Source: Ruminococcus sp.
GTDB lineage: Bacteria > Bacillota > Clostridia > Oscillospirales > Acutalibacteraceae
Direction: 5' to 3'
Length of the DNA: 64,000 bases
Assembly (NCBI GenBank): GCA_017404665.1
Contig: JAFRBX010000076.1
Coordinates: 52,540-116,539, forward strand
In this document: positions 18,745-29,483 of the stretch, piece after piece
Position numbering within the stretch: the first letter of the stretch is position 1
Layout of the letters: every line of letters begins with the position of its first letter
Notes under the pieces: generated by a model
What the model saw: the letters and a program-made list of their open reading frames with translations, nothing else
What the model was told of the DNA's origin: nothing
Database searches by the model: none
Position numbers and translations under genes: made by a program

Positions 18745-19300
18745 AGGCATGCTGATCGTATATACCGGCTGTTCGGGCGTCGGTAAGGGCACTATCATGA
18801 AGGAGCTCCTCCCGAGAAATCCGAATCTTCGGCTGTCCGTTTCCGCTACCACCAGAGCGCCGCGCGCGGGAGAGGTCGACGGAAGGGAATACTACTTTGT
18901 GACGCCCGAACGGTTTGACGAGATGATCGCCGAGGGTGCTTTTCTGGAGTATGCGAAGTACGCGGGCGGCAGCTACGGTACGCCGAAGGAGCCCGTGTTT
19001 CGTATGCTGGACGAGGGATATGACGTAATCCTTGAGATAGAGGTCAAGGGATTTCTGCAGGTGAAGCAGGCGTGTCCCGACTGCCTGACGATCTTTATCG
19101 CGCCGCCGTCGTTTGAAGAGCTGGAGGCAAGGCTGCGCAAAAGAGGCACCGAAACGGAAGAGAAGATTGCCGAACGGCTGAAGATCGCCGAAAAAGAGCT
19201 GAAAAGTCAGGATCAGTTCGATCATGTGGTGGTCAACGATATAGCACAAAGAGCCGCTGATGAGGTGTTATCTATCATTGCGGCTGAAAAGAATAAATGA
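18734..19300 (+). CDS. gmk: Guanylate kinase
   Basis: GCSGVGKGT, SVSATTRAPRAGEVDGREYYF, YGTP. Confidence 0.95.
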   Translation: MKNKGMLIVYTGCSGVGKGTIMKELLPRNPNLRLSVSATTRAPRAGEVDGREYYFVTPERFDEMIAEGAFLEYAKYAGGSYGTPKEPVFRMLDEGYDVILEIEVKGFLQVKQACPDCLTIFIAPPSFEELEARLRKRGTETEEKIAERLKIAEKELKSQDQFDHVVVNDIAQRAADEVLSIIAAEKNK

Positions 19301-19311
19301 GGAGTAAAACT

Positions 19312-19515
19312 ATGAAAAGAGCATCTTTAGACGATATGTTGTCCGGTAAGGAAAGCCGCTACGCGCTGGTAATCGGCGTTGCAAAGCGCGCCAGAGAGAT
19401 CGCCGATAATTTTAAAGAAGAAGGCGTTATCACCGATGAAAAGCCCGTTCTTCTCGCGATCGAAGATTTCAAAAATCACAAATACAATATCCTCGAAGAG
19501 GATGACGAGGACTGA
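19312..19515 (+). CDS. rpoZ: RNA polymerase omega subunit
   Basis: SRYALVIGVAKRAREI, KPVLLAIED; follows gmk. Confidence 0.9.
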   Translation: MKRASLDDMLSGKESRYALVIGVAKRAREIADNFKEEGVITDEKPVLLAIEDFKNHKYNILEEDDED

Positions 19516-21950
19516 TGACCGAAATGGTTGCAACTGTCGCGGTCGAAAACGCGATATATCACTTTGATCATTTGTTCAGCTACCGGATCCCTCAAGGAAT
19601 GACGGTGCGTGCGGGGTGCCGTGTCGCGGTACCCTTCGGCAGAGGCAACGCGAAGCGTCAGGGCATCGTGTTCGGTTTTTCAAAGGAAGAAACAGACGAT
19701 CTGAAAACGATTTCGGAGGTACTTGACGCTGAGCCGGTGCTCAATGATGAAGCGCTGCAGATGTGCGCCTTCATGAAAAGCCGCTTCTACTGCACCTACT
19801 ATGACGCGGTGAAGGCGATACTCCCCGCCGGCATCACCTACCGTTTGTCGCCTGTATATTCGGTCAGCCCCGAACTCGGAGACCGTTTTTATGATTTGCC
19901 CGATGAGCAGCGCAGGATTGTTTCTATTATTCGTTCAAAGAATAATAGTTTTGAAAAGCATCAGCTCCTTCATGAGCTTGGTTATTCCGATTCAACTGTG
20001 TTGGATGACATGGTTGCCCAAGGCGTTCTGCTGAAAAACGACGCCGCCATGCGCCGCATCGGCGACAAGACGATCAAAATGATCCGCTTGAGCGACGACG
20101 CCGAGACCCTGCTGCAGGGCATGAAGCTCAGCCCTAAGCAGGAGAGCGTCATCGATCTGCTGAGTACGGTCGGTTCCGCGTCCGTCAAAGAGGTATGTTA
20201 CTATACCGGAGTGACGAGCTCCGTTCCCGATACGCTGGTGCGCAAGGGGATCGCCGTGTATTTTGACGATGAAGTGTTCCGTGTGCCGAAAGCCGCAGTA
20301 TCCGTTAAGCGCGATATTACGCTGACAGATGAACAGCGAAAGGCTTATGACGAGCTGTATGCGCTGTATGCATCTGATAAGCCCGAGGTTTCCCTGCTGT
20401 ACGGTATCACCGGTTCCGGAAAGACCTCCGTATTCTTCAAGCTGATCGAAAGCGCGGTTGCTGAAAATAAAGACGTCATTGTCATGGTACCCGAAATTGC
20501 GCTGACGCCGCAGATGATTGCGATATTCCGCGCGCATTTCGGCGATAAGGTCGCTGTTTTCCACAGCGCGCTGTCCTTGGGTGAACGGCTGGACGAGTAC
20601 AAGCGCGTCAGCCGCGGTATCGCGAAAATCGCGATCGGTACGCGATCGGCGGTATTCGCTCCTTTCAAAAACCTAGGTCTGATTATCATCGACGAGGAGC
20701 AGGAGCATACCTATAAGTCGGAGTCAAAGCCGCGGTTCAACGCCAAGGAGCTGGCGAAATTCCGCTGTCACTACCATCGGGCGTTACTGCTGCTGTCCTC
20801 TGCTACGCCGAGCGTAGAGACCTATTATTACGCGAACGAGGGCAGGTATCATAAGCATATCCTGACCAAACGCTACGGAGAAGCGACGCTGCCCGATGTG
20901 GTGATCGCTGACATGAATGAGGAGCTCGCGGTCGGCAACACCGGCGCTTACTCCAATATTCTTTTGCGGAATATTGAGGAGAACCTCAACACCGGCAAGC
21001 AAAGCATACTGTTATTAAATCGGCGCGGCTATAATTCCTACGTGACCTGTAATTCATGCCGCGAGCCGCTGACATGTCCGAACTGTTCGATCTCGCTGAC
21101 CTATCACAGCGCGAACAATCGCATGATGTGTCACTACTGCGGCTATTCTTTTGTCTATACCGCCAAATGCCCGACCTGCGGCAGCCACAATATGAGGCTG
21201 AGCGGTACGGGTACCCAGCGCGCCGAGGTGGAGATCGCCGAGATATTCCCGCAGGCGCGGATCCTGAGGATGGATACCGATACCACGATGACGCGGTCAT
21301 CCCACGAAAAGAAGCTGACCGCTTTTGCCAACGGCGAGTATGATATCCTCGTCGGGACCCAGATGGTCGCGAAGGGCTTGGATTTCCCGAACGTCACCTT
21401 GGTAGGCGTGCTGAACGCCGACCATATGCTGTATCTGGATGACTACCGCAGCTTTGAGAATACCTTCTCACTGCTGACGCAGGTCGTCGGACGTTCCGGC
21501 AGGGGGAAAGATAAAGGCAGAGCGATCATCCAGACCTACACGCCCGAAAATCCGATCATCACCCTGGCGGCAAGACAGGATTATGACGCATTTTATCAAG
21601 CGGAGATCGGGATCCGTCAAGCGATGCTGTACCCGCCGTTTGCAAGCATTTGCCTGATCGGTTTTGTCGGCGAGAACGCCGATTTGGTTCGGCGCGCGGC
21701 GTTCGCATTTACTGTGTTGCTGACAGAGCTGCTGAAATCCGATTATACCGATATCCCGCTCAGGGTCTTAGGTCCATCTCAGGCGGCGGTATTCAAGGTG
21801 AGTAATAAATACAGATATAAGTTGATATTGAAATGCCGCAACGACGGCCGTTTCCGCGAAATGCTGTCGCTGATGCTGACAAAATTTGCTTCGGTGCGGG
21901 AGTACGGCGGCGTAACGGCGTACGCGGATATGGATCCGTTATCACTGTAA
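19515..21950 (+). CDS. priA: Primosomal protein N'
   Basis: GITGSGKT, PEIALTPQ, DEEQE, CxxC...CxxC zinc motifs, GTQMVAKGLDF. Confidence 0.95.
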   Translation: MTEMVATVAVENAIYHFDHLFSYRIPQGMTVRAGCRVAVPFGRGNAKRQGIVFGFSKEETDDLKTISEVLDAEPVLNDEALQMCAFMKSRFYCTYYDAVKAILPAGITYRLSPVYSVSPELGDRFYDLPDEQRRIVSIIRSKNNSFEKHQLLHELGYSDSTVLDDMVAQGVLLKNDAAMRRIGDKTIKMIRLSDDAETLLQGMKLSPKQESVIDLLSTVGSASVKEVCYYTGVTSSVPDTLVRKGIAVYFDDEVFRVPKAAVSVKRDITLTDEQRKAYDELYALYASDKPEVSLLYGITGSGKTSVFFKLIESAVAENKDVIVMVPEIALTPQMIAIFRAHFGDKVAVFHSALSLGERLDEYKRVSRGIAKIAIGTRSAVFAPFKNLGLIIIDEEQEHTYKSESKPRFNAKELAKFRCHYHRALLLLSSATPSVETYYYANEGRYHKHILTKRYGEATLPDVVIADMNEELAVGNTGAYSNILLRNIEENLNTGKQSILLLNRRGYNSYVTCNSCREPLTCPNCSISLTYHSANNRMMCHYCGYSFVYTAKCPTCGSHNMRLSGTGTQRAEVEIAEIFPQARILRMDTDTTMTRSSHEKKLTAFANGEYDILVGTQMVAKGLDFPNVTLVGVLNADHMLYLDDYRSFENTFSLLTQVVGRSGRGKDKGRAIIQTYTPENPIITLAARQDYDAFYQAEIGIRQAMLYPPFASICLIGFVGENADLVRRAAFAFTVLLTELLKSDYTDIPLRVLGPSQAAVFKVSNKYRYKLILKCRNDGRFREMLSLMLTKFASVREYGGVTAYADMDPLSL

Positions 21951-21971
21951 GATAGTGAGGAGTGAAACACG

Positions 21972-22454
21972 ATGGCACTGCGTAAAATCGTGAAAGAGGG
22001 CGACCCGATCCTGTTGAAGAAATGCCGCCCCGTAGAAAAATTTGATCAAAAGCTGTGGGACCTGCTGGATGATATGGTCGAGACGCTCGCCGAATCCGGC
22101 GGAGTGGGTCTCGCCGCGCCGCAGGTCGGCATCATGCGCCGCCTCTGCGTGATCGACGTCGGCGGCGGCGCGATCGAGTTCGTCAATCCCGAGATCATCG
22201 AGACGGAGGGCGAGCAAAGGGTGCAGGAAGGCTGCCTGAGCTGCCCTGGTGAATTCGGCATCATCACCCGTCCCATGCATGTGAAGGCGCGTTTTCAGGA
22301 CAGGGAGGGCAACTTCTGCGAGCTGGAGGGCGACGAGCTGCTGGCACAGGCGATGTGTCATGAGTTCGACCACCTCGACGGGATCCTGTTCAAGACGAAG
22401 GTCGAGCGCATGCTGACCGAAGAAGAATTGCGCGAAATGAGAGAAGAAGAATGA
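21972..22454 (+). CDS. def: Peptide deformylase
   Basis: GVGLAAPQ, EGCLS, HEFDH. Confidence 0.95.
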   Translation: MALRKIVKEGDPILLKKCRPVEKFDQKLWDLLDDMVETLAESGGVGLAAPQVGIMRRLCVIDVGGGAIEFVNPEIIETEGEQRVQEGCLSCPGEFGIITRPMHVKARFQDREGNFCELEGDELLAQAMCHEFDHLDGILFKTKVERMLTEEELREMREEE

Positions 22455-23371
22455 GAATCATTTTTATGGGTACGCCCGACTTTGCCGTACCGTGTCTGAA
22501 AAGCCTCCTTGATGCGGGACATGATGTGGCGGCAGTGTTTACCCAGCCCGATAAGCCCCGCGGCAGGAAGATGATCATGACCCAGCCCGAGGTGAAGGTC
22601 TGCGCCTTAGAGCATGGCTTGACCGTGTATCAGCCGAAAACGCTGAGGGATGGCGAAGCGATGCGCATTATCACGGAGATCGAGCCCGAATGCATCGTGG
22701 TTGCCGCATACGGCAAGATCCTGCCGAAGGAAATGCTGGTCTTTCCGAAGTACGGCTGTATCAATGTGCACGGGTCGCTCCTGCCGAAATATCGCGGCTC
22801 CGCGCCGATCCAGTGGTCGGTCATCAACGGCGAAAAAGAGACCGGCGTGACCGTTATGCAGATGGCTCAGGGCGTTGATACGGGCGATATGCTGTATCAG
22901 AAGGCGATACCGATCAACATTGACGATACCGCCGAGAGTATGTTTGAGAAGCTCGCTGTTTTGGGCGGCGAGATGATCGTCGAGGCGCTTGATCTGTTGG
23001 AAAAAGGTGAACTGACCGCAGTCGCTCAGGATGAATCAAAAGCGACCCGCGCGCCGATGCTCAGCAAAGAAATCGCCGTGATCGACTGGCATAAATCCGC
23101 CTTTGAGGTGCATAATCTTGTCAGAGGGCTGTACAGCTGGCCGATCGCCCAGACGACGCTGGGCGGCAAGAAGCTGAAGATATACCGCACGACGCTCGGC
23201 AGAGGAAGCGGCGAGCCCGCTTCGGTGATCTGCACCGATCCGCTGACGGTCGCCTGCGGTGAAGGCGCGGTTGTGATCGAGGAGCTGCAGCTCGAAGGAA
23301 AAAAGCGAATGGACGCGAAAAGCTTTTTGATCGGTCATCCGCTGCAAATCAATGAGAAACTAGGTGAATGA
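22451..23371 (+). CDS. fmt: Methionyl-tRNA formyltransferase
   Basis: IFMGTPDFA, NVHGSLLPKYRGSAP. Confidence 0.95.
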   Translation: MRIIFMGTPDFAVPCLKSLLDAGHDVAAVFTQPDKPRGRKMIMTQPEVKVCALEHGLTVYQPKTLRDGEAMRIITEIEPECIVVAAYGKILPKEMLVFPKYGCINVHGSLLPKYRGSAPIQWSVINGEKETGVTVMQMAQGVDTGDMLYQKAIPINIDDTAESMFEKLAVLGGEMIVEALDLLEKGELTAVAQDESKATRAPMLSKEIAVIDWHKSAFEVHNLVRGLYSWPIAQTTLGGKKLKIYRTTLGRGSGEPASVICTDPLTVACGEGAVVIEELQLEGKKRMDAKSFLIGHPLQINEKLGE

Positions 23372-23372
23372 T

Positions 23373-24083
23373 ATGCGTTTAGCCGGGTTAGGTTTGATGT
23401 ATTATGATTGGACATATATCCTGTTTATGCTCCCTTGCTTGATTCTGTCGCTCATTTGCAGCGCGACTGTCAGATCGAGGTTCAGCAAGTATTCCAAAAT
23501 CCGCAGCTCGCGTGGGATCACCGGCGCGCAGGCGGCGCAGCAGGTGCTGATGGCGCACGGCGTGACCGGTGTGCGGATCGAGCCCGTCAAGGGCAATCTG
23601 ACCGATCATTTCGATCCGAGAACCAACGTGATCAGGCTGTCCGAGTCCGTCTATAACTCCGCGACGGTAGCGGCGGTCGGCGTCGCCTGCCACGAGGCGG
23701 GTCATGCGGTACAGCATGCCGAAGGATATGTGCCGAACAAGATCCGCTCCGCCATCGTGCCTGTCGCCAATATCGGCTCCCGGCTGAGCTGGATCGTGCT
23801 GGTGATCGGTATGCTGCTTCCGGTACAGTTCAACTTTGTGATCACGATCGGTATCGTGCTGTTTTCCGCGTCGGTTGCGTTCACACTGATCACACTGCCG
23901 GTCGAGTTCAACGCCTCCTCCCGCGCGCTGAAAACGATACATTCGACCGGGATGCTGAATGAAGAGGAGTACGGCGGCGCCAAAAAGGTGCTCAGCGCTG
24001 CGGCGATGACCTATGTAGCCGCTGCGGCGACGTCCATTATGCAGTTGTTGAGATTGCTGCTGATATTAAACCGCAGGAGATAA
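23373..24083 (+). CDS. Neutral zinc metallopeptidase (YugP-like membrane protein)
   Basis: LTDHFDP, HEAGHAVQH, TLPVEFNASSRA. Confidence 0.9.
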   Translation: MRLAGLGLMYYDWTYILFMLPCLILSLICSATVRSRFSKYSKIRSSRGITGAQAAQQVLMAHGVTGVRIEPVKGNLTDHFDPRTNVIRLSESVYNSATVAAVGVACHEAGHAVQHAEGYVPNKIRSAIVPVANIGSRLSWIVLVIGMLLPVQFNFVITIGIVLFSASVAFTLITLPVEFNASSRALKTIHSTGMLNEEEYGGAKKVLSAAAMTYVAAAATSIMQLLRLLLILNRRR

Positions 24084-24093
24084 ACTTCCGATC

Positions 24094-24217
24094 GTCATTG
24101 CGAGGAGTCGGCACTAAAGCCGACGACGCGGCAATCCCCTTATCATTACGACCGGATGCGTTTTTTTGTGGGATTCCCACGGGGATTGTGAAAAATACCT
24201 TCCCCTCAAGGGGAAGG
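24094..24217 (+). repeat. REP family A copy plus partial opposing arm and a family B hairpin
   Basis: GTCATTGCGAGG...GCGGCAATCCCC (24094-24139); TTGTGGGATTCCCACGG matches an arm of the 37363 element; CCTTCCCC-TCAA-GGGGAAGG at 24198-24217. Confidence 0.7.
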
Positions 24218-24331
24218 CTAATTTACCGCCATCTATTCATAACTTGAATAATAATGGACTATGAAAATCGAAACTACTCGAATCTTTTTTCACAGTCGCC
24301 ACGGAATGACCGGAAGAATAAAGGAACCATT

Positions 24332-25666
24332 ATGCCAAATGTCAGAAATATCGCATATAAGGTGCTGTACCGCGTGCTTTTCGAGGACGCGTATTCTGCC
24401 ATTGCCGTTAACAATGCCGTGCGCGAGGAAAACCTCGAAGGCGTGGACGTATCCTTTTTATCCGCGCTGGTATACGGCGTCTTAGAGCGCAAGATCACAC
24501 TCGAATATATCATTCGCCGTTATTCTTCTATCCGCATAAAAAAGATAGAGAAAAAGACGCTGATCATCCTGTATCTTGGGGTGTACCAGCTGCTCTATAT
24601 GGATAAGGTGCCCGACAGTGCGGCGGTCAACGAGAGCGTCAAGCTCTGTAAAAAACTCAGGCTGAATCACAGCGCCGGATTTGTCAACGCCCTCCTGCGC
24701 AGCTTTGTCCGCGCAGAAAAGCGATATGAGCTTCCCGATCGCTCCGATCTGCCGTGTTATCTCAGCGCTGCGTATTCCTGTCCCGAGGATATGGTCCGAG
24801 AGCTTCTTGAAACGTACGGTGCGGACAAAACGGAAACCATATTGAAAGGCTTTCTCGGCAGACCGCCTGTTACCGTGCGGGTGAACACACTCAAAACCAA
24901 TAAGGCGACACTCAGATACGAACTGGAGTTGCAGGGCGTCAAAGTGGATGATATTTCTTTTTTGGAAAATTCACTGCACCTGAGTCACACAGGCAGTCTG
25001 GAGAAGATACCGCAGTTCCTGCGGGGACAATTCTATGTGGAGGACGCCGCCTCGCAGCTGTGTGCCGAAATGCTCGGCGCGAGGCCCGGCGAACGCGTTG
25101 CGGACGTCTGCGCCGCGCCGGGCGGCAAATCGCTGTACATAGCGATGAAGATGGAGAACAGGGGAGAGGTATTCTCCTATGATATCCATGAGCATAAGAT
25201 CAAATTAATGAATGATAATGCCAAGCGGCTGGGCGTTTCGATCATGCATACCGCTCTGCGCGACGCGGCTTCCTCACAGGATATGCCCGAATGTGACAGG
25301 ATCCTATGCGACGTTCCGTGCTCGGGATGGGGCATTCTTCGCCGAAAGCCCGAAATTCGTTACAAAACAGACACAAATATTGACATCTTACCGAAGTTGC
25401 AATACAGTATATTGTGTATGAGTGCGGAACATCTGCGCCCGAGCGGAGTGCTGATCTACTCCACCTGTACGCTCAGAAAAGCGGAAAATCATGATGTGAT
25501 AAAGCGATTTTTAGCGGAGCATCCGGATTTCTCCGGTGAAGTGCTCGATCTGCCCGACATCGTCGGACGCTCGGTCGATGAAGAGCCGTATTGTCTGACT
25601 TTATTGCCGGGGGAATACGGCACGGACGGCTTTTTTATCGCGAAGCTCAGGAGGAAGCCTTCATGA
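24332..25666 (+). CDS. rsmB: 16S rRNA m5C967 methyltransferase
   Basis: NusB-like N-terminus, DVCAAPGGKS, DVPCSG, YSTCT, DGFFIA. Confidence 0.93.
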   Translation: MPNVRNIAYKVLYRVLFEDAYSAIAVNNAVREENLEGVDVSFLSALVYGVLERKITLEYIIRRYSSIRIKKIEKKTLIILYLGVYQLLYMDKVPDSAAVNESVKLCKKLRLNHSAGFVNALLRSFVRAEKRYELPDRSDLPCYLSAAYSCPEDMVRELLETYGADKTETILKGFLGRPPVTVRVNTLKTNKATLRYELELQGVKVDDISFLENSLHLSHTGSLEKIPQFLRGQFYVEDAASQLCAEMLGARPGERVADVCAAPGGKSLYIAMKMENRGEVFSYDIHEHKIKLMNDNAKRLGVSIMHTALRDAASSQDMPECDRILCDVPCSGWGILRRKPEIRYKTDTNIDILPKLQYSILCMSAEHLRPSGVLIYSTCTLRKAENHDVIKRFLAEHPDFSGEVLDLPDIVGRSVDEEPYCLTLLPGEYGTDGFFIAKLRRKPS

Positions 25667-26694
25667 CGGATATCAAGTCGATGAATCTTTCAGAGCTGAC
25701 GGCGTATCTTGTCGAGAATGGCTTTGAGAAATTCCGGGCGAAGCAGGTGCTCGGCTGGGTCAAGCAGGACGCCGCCGATTTTGACGCGATGAAGAATATC
25801 CCGCAGAAGCTGCGTGATTTTCTCAAGGATAATACCTATCTCGCTTGTGCGGAGATTGTCCGCATACAGCGTTCGAAGCTTGACGATACTGTCAAGTATC
25901 TGTTCCGTCTGTATGACGGTGAATATGTGGAAGGCGTTTTAATGCGCTATCACCACGGCAGAACGATCTGCATTTCTTCGCAGGTAGGCTGCAAGATGGG
26001 CTGTACCTTCTGCGCAACCGGAAAAAGCGGTTTTTCCCGCTCCCTGACCGCGTCGGAGATGATCGCCCAGATCCGATCTGCCGAGATCGACTGCGGAGAG
26101 CGTATCTCCAACGTCGTGATGATGGGCATGGGAGAGCCGTTCGATAATTATGACAACGTGATCCGCTTCCTCAGGCTGGTATCGAGCGAGGATTCGCTGT
26201 GTATCGGCATGCGGCATATCACGATATCCACCTGCGGCATCGTGCCCCGCATCAGAGATTTTGCGGATCTGAGGCTGCAGTGCGGGCTGTCGGTCTCGCT
26301 GCACGCGCCGCACGATGAACAGCGCTCGCGCACCATGCCTGTCAACCGCCGCTACCCGATCACCGAGCTGATGAACGCCGTGCGGTATTATATCGATAAA
26401 ACCAATCGCCGCGTGACCTTCGAGTACGCTTTGATTGACGGAGAGAACGATTCCGATGAATCTGCCGCGGCGTTAGCTCAGCTTTTGAAGGGCTTGCTGT
26501 GTCACGTCAACCTGATTCCGGTCAACAGCGTGACCGGAGCTGAATACCGAAAGAGTTCGATCAAAAGGCAGCAGGCATTTGTGAATATATTGTCCTCAGC
26601 AGGGATCAACGCTACGGTTCGCAGGAGTCTTGGAGCCGATATCGACGCTGCGTGCGGACAATTGAAACGAAACTATATGAAAGGGGATGTTTGA
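25663..26694 (+). CDS. rlmN: Dual-specificity RNA methyltransferase (radical SAM)
   Basis: CISSQVGCKMGCTFC, MGMGEP, DIDAACGQL. Confidence 0.95.
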   Translation: MTDIKSMNLSELTAYLVENGFEKFRAKQVLGWVKQDAADFDAMKNIPQKLRDFLKDNTYLACAEIVRIQRSKLDDTVKYLFRLYDGEYVEGVLMRYHHGRTICISSQVGCKMGCTFCATGKSGFSRSLTASEMIAQIRSAEIDCGERISNVVMMGMGEPFDNYDNVIRFLRLVSSEDSLCIGMRHITISTCGIVPRIRDFADLRLQCGLSVSLHAPHDEQRSRTMPVNRRYPITELMNAVRYYIDKTNRRVTFEYALIDGENDSDESAAALAQLLKGLLCHVNLIPVNSVTGAEYRKSSIKRQQAFVNILSSAGINATVRRSLGADIDAACGQLKRNYMKGDV

Positions 26695-27421
26695 CTTGGA
26701 AGTGTTTTCTAAAACCGATATCGGGCTGGTCCGAAGCGAGAACCAGGACAGCTCGGCTTATTCTGTCATATCCTCAGACTGCGCTTGGGCAGTGATCTGC
26801 GACGGTATGGGAGGCGTTAACGGCGGCAAAATCGCTTCCTGCGCTGCAGTCAACTATATCTCCGAATATATCAGCCGCGAATATCGTGACAGCATGGATG
26901 ACGAGGCTTTGTCTCAGATGCTGACCTCGGCTGTCGACGGCGCAAACCTTGCGGTGTATAAGCTGGCAATGGAGGATTACGAGCTTGCCGGTATGGGCAC
27001 GACCTGCGATCTGGTCTTTGTCCGCGGCGAAATCGCCCATGTCGTCCATGTCGGCGACAGCCGCACCTATTCGATACGCGACGGAAAAATACTGCAGATC
27101 ACCGAGGATCATTCCTTGGTTCAGGAGCTGGTTCGCTGCGGCGAGCTGACGCCGGATCAGGCGATGCGCCATCCTAATAAGAATTTGATCACCCGTGCGC
27201 TGGGCGTTTCGCATGACGTTCACATCGATTATATCGAGGCTGAATTCTGCGAGGGCGATACGCTGCTGATATGTTCGGACGGCTTATCGAATTTCGTCAG
27301 CAAAGCGGATATGGTTCGCACCGTACAGGAAAACAGAGGCGCGCTTCTGATAGATACCCTCGTTGAAATCGCTAAACGCCACGGCGGTCACGACAACATC
27401 ACCGTGACGGTCATCTACTGA
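26687..27421 (+). CDS. stp: PP2C-type Ser/Thr phosphatase
   Basis: TDIGLVRSENQD, CDGMGG, HVGDSR, CSDGL, DNIT. Confidence 0.93.
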   Translation: MFDLEVFSKTDIGLVRSENQDSSAYSVISSDCAWAVICDGMGGVNGGKIASCAAVNYISEYISREYRDSMDDEALSQMLTSAVDGANLAVYKLAMEDYELAGMGTTCDLVFVRGEIAHVVHVGDSRTYSIRDGKILQITEDHSLVQELVRCGELTPDQAMRHPNKNLITRALGVSHDVHIDYIEAEFCEGDTLLICSDGLSNFVSKADMVRTVQENRGALLIDTLVEIAKRHGGHDNITVTVIY

Positions 27422-27437
27422 GACAGGAGTGATTGAT

Positions 27438-29480
27438 ATGGATAAATATACCGGAAAAAAACTGGACGGAAGATATGAGATCCGCGAGCTGATCGGCGTA
27501 GGCGGTATGGCGAATGTTTATCACTGCTATGATACGATCGACGCGCGCGAGGTTGCGATCAAAATTTTAAAGGATGAGTATCTGGATAATCAGGATTTCA
27601 TCCGCCGCTTCAAGAATGAGAGCAAGGCGATCGCCGTACTGAATCATCCGAACATCGTGCGTGTTTATGACGTCAGCTTCGGCGATATGATCCAGTATAT
27701 CGTGATGGAGTACATCGACGGCATCACCTTAAAGGAATATATCGATATGCAGCGTGTACTGGACTGGAAAGAAACCGTACATCTTACCACGCAGATATTG
27801 AAGGCGCTGCAGCACGCGCATGAGAACGGTATTGTTCACCGCGATATCAAGCCGCATAATATTATGCTGCTGCAGGACGGCACCATCAAGGTCACCGACT
27901 TCGGCATCGCGCGCTTCTCTTCCAACGCCACCCGCACCATGACGGAGCAGGCGATCGGTTCGGTGCACTATATCGCTCCCGAGCAGGCACGCGGCGAAGC
28001 GACCGACGGCAAGACAGATATCTATTCTGTTGGCGTGATGATGTATGAGATGCTTACCGGTACCCTGCCCTTTGACGGCGATTCTGCCGTTTCCGTCGCG
28101 CTGATGCAGCTGCAGGCAAAGGCAAAGCGTCCGCGTGAGATCAATCCCGATATCCCCGAGGGTCTGGAAGAGATCACCATCAAGGCGATGCAGAAGAATC
28201 CTGATGATCGTTATCATTCCGCGGTCGAAATGCTCAGCGATATCGAACGTTTTCGTTTGAATCCCAGCATCGTGTTCAACTATCGTTATTCTGACGAGAA
28301 GCCCCCCGTCGAGGAAAACGTTACCGTTAAGAAAAAGAAAGAAAAGCCGCAGTATGAGGAGCCCGTGGAAGAGCCGGAGGAAGACTACTACGAAGAAGAC
28401 GTTCCGGTTCGCAGTCCCGTTCTTTCCGCTATCAAGGGCGTGATTATCGCGGCGGTCATCTCCCTGATCATTTTCGGCGGCGTAGCAGCCTATCAGGGCT
28501 ACATCTCCGCACAGCCTAAGGAGATCGAGGTGCCGAATTTTGTCGGCATGACGCTCAGCGAAGCGAATGCCGTCAATAACGGAAGGTTCAACTTCACTTA
28601 TGTCAGCCGCTACAGCGACGATATTCCCGTAGACTCTATCATTGAACAGAGCCCCGCGGGCGGTTCCAAGAAAATGAAGGAAGGCTCCACGATCGAGCTG
28701 ATCGTCAATTCTGCCGATACGACTGTGACCGTTCCTTATATCAGCGGTTCTATCGGAAGCGAAGAGATCATCCAGCGCATTGAAGCTGCCAATCTGGTGC
28801 CGAAGGTGCTGTATGTCGAAAGCGATCAGACCTCTCAGAAGGTTGACGCGGTATATCCTCCGGTCGGTACCGACGTCAAGATCGGCTCGAACGTTTATGT
28901 TTTCGTTTCAAAGGGCGTCACCAAAACGATGCTCAAGATGCCTTCCATCAAGGGCTATAATGCTGAGGAGGCTGTCGCTGAGCTGAAGGAAGCCGGTTTT
29001 ACCTCTTATAAGGTAGAATATGATGAAAATATCGAAGCGGGCAAGGATGAAGTGGTTCGTCAGAATCCGCTTCAGGGCAGTGAGATCCCTTCCGACTATG
29101 AGATCGTTGTCGTATGCTCCAAGGGTGAGAATAAGGAAAAGACCGTAAACATCGAGGTTGATCTGCCGTCTGACGTCACCTCGGACGTCAAGCTGACGGT
29201 TTTGGTTGACGGCGCGATCGATACCGACAGCAGCAAAACGGTCATTCCCGCCTACAGTCCTTACTATACCGTAAGCGTTAAGGTCAAGAACGATGCGAAT
29301 ATTGTTGTCCTGCTGAACGACGAAAAGTATCGGGAGTATAAGGTGAGCTACGATAACAATTCGGTTGAATTGGTGAACTCGTATACCTTTACGGATACGG
29401 CTACCGAAGCGCCTCAAACGGAAGCTCCCTATGAAGAACCGGAGACTGAGGCGCCTCTTGAAGAGACTTCGGAAGAATAA
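27438..29480 (+). CDS. prkC: Hanks-type Ser/Thr kinase with PASTA domains
   Basis: GVGGMA, VAIK, HRDIKPHN, DFGIAR, APE, one TM helix, three PASTA-like repeats. Confidence 0.95.
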   Translation: MDKYTGKKLDGRYEIRELIGVGGMANVYHCYDTIDAREVAIKILKDEYLDNQDFIRRFKNESKAIAVLNHPNIVRVYDVSFGDMIQYIVMEYIDGITLKEYIDMQRVLDWKETVHLTTQILKALQHAHENGIVHRDIKPHNIMLLQDGTIKVTDFGIARFSSNATRTMTEQAIGSVHYIAPEQARGEATDGKTDIYSVGVMMYEMLTGTLPFDGDSAVSVALMQLQAKAKRPREINPDIPEGLEEITIKAMQKNPDDRYHSAVEMLSDIERFRLNPSIVFNYRYSDEKPPVEENVTVKKKKEKPQYEEPVEEPEEDYYEEDVPVRSPVLSAIKGVIIAAVISLIIFGGVAAYQGYISAQPKEIEVPNFVGMTLSEANAVNNGRFNFTYVSRYSDDIPVDSIIEQSPAGGSKKMKEGSTIELIVNSADTTVTVPYISGSIGSEEIIQRIEAANLVPKVLYVESDQTSQKVDAVYPPVGTDVKIGSNVYVFVSKGVTKTMLKMPSIKGYNAEEAVAELKEAGFTSYKVEYDENIEAGKDEVVRQNPLQGSEIPSDYEIVVVCSKGENKEKTVNIEVDLPSDVTSDVKLTVLVDGAIDTDSSKTVIPAYSPYYTVSVKVKNDANIVVLLNDEKYREYKVSYDNNSVELVNSYTFTDTATEAPQTEAPYEEPETEAPLEETSEE

Positions 29481-29483
29481 CGC

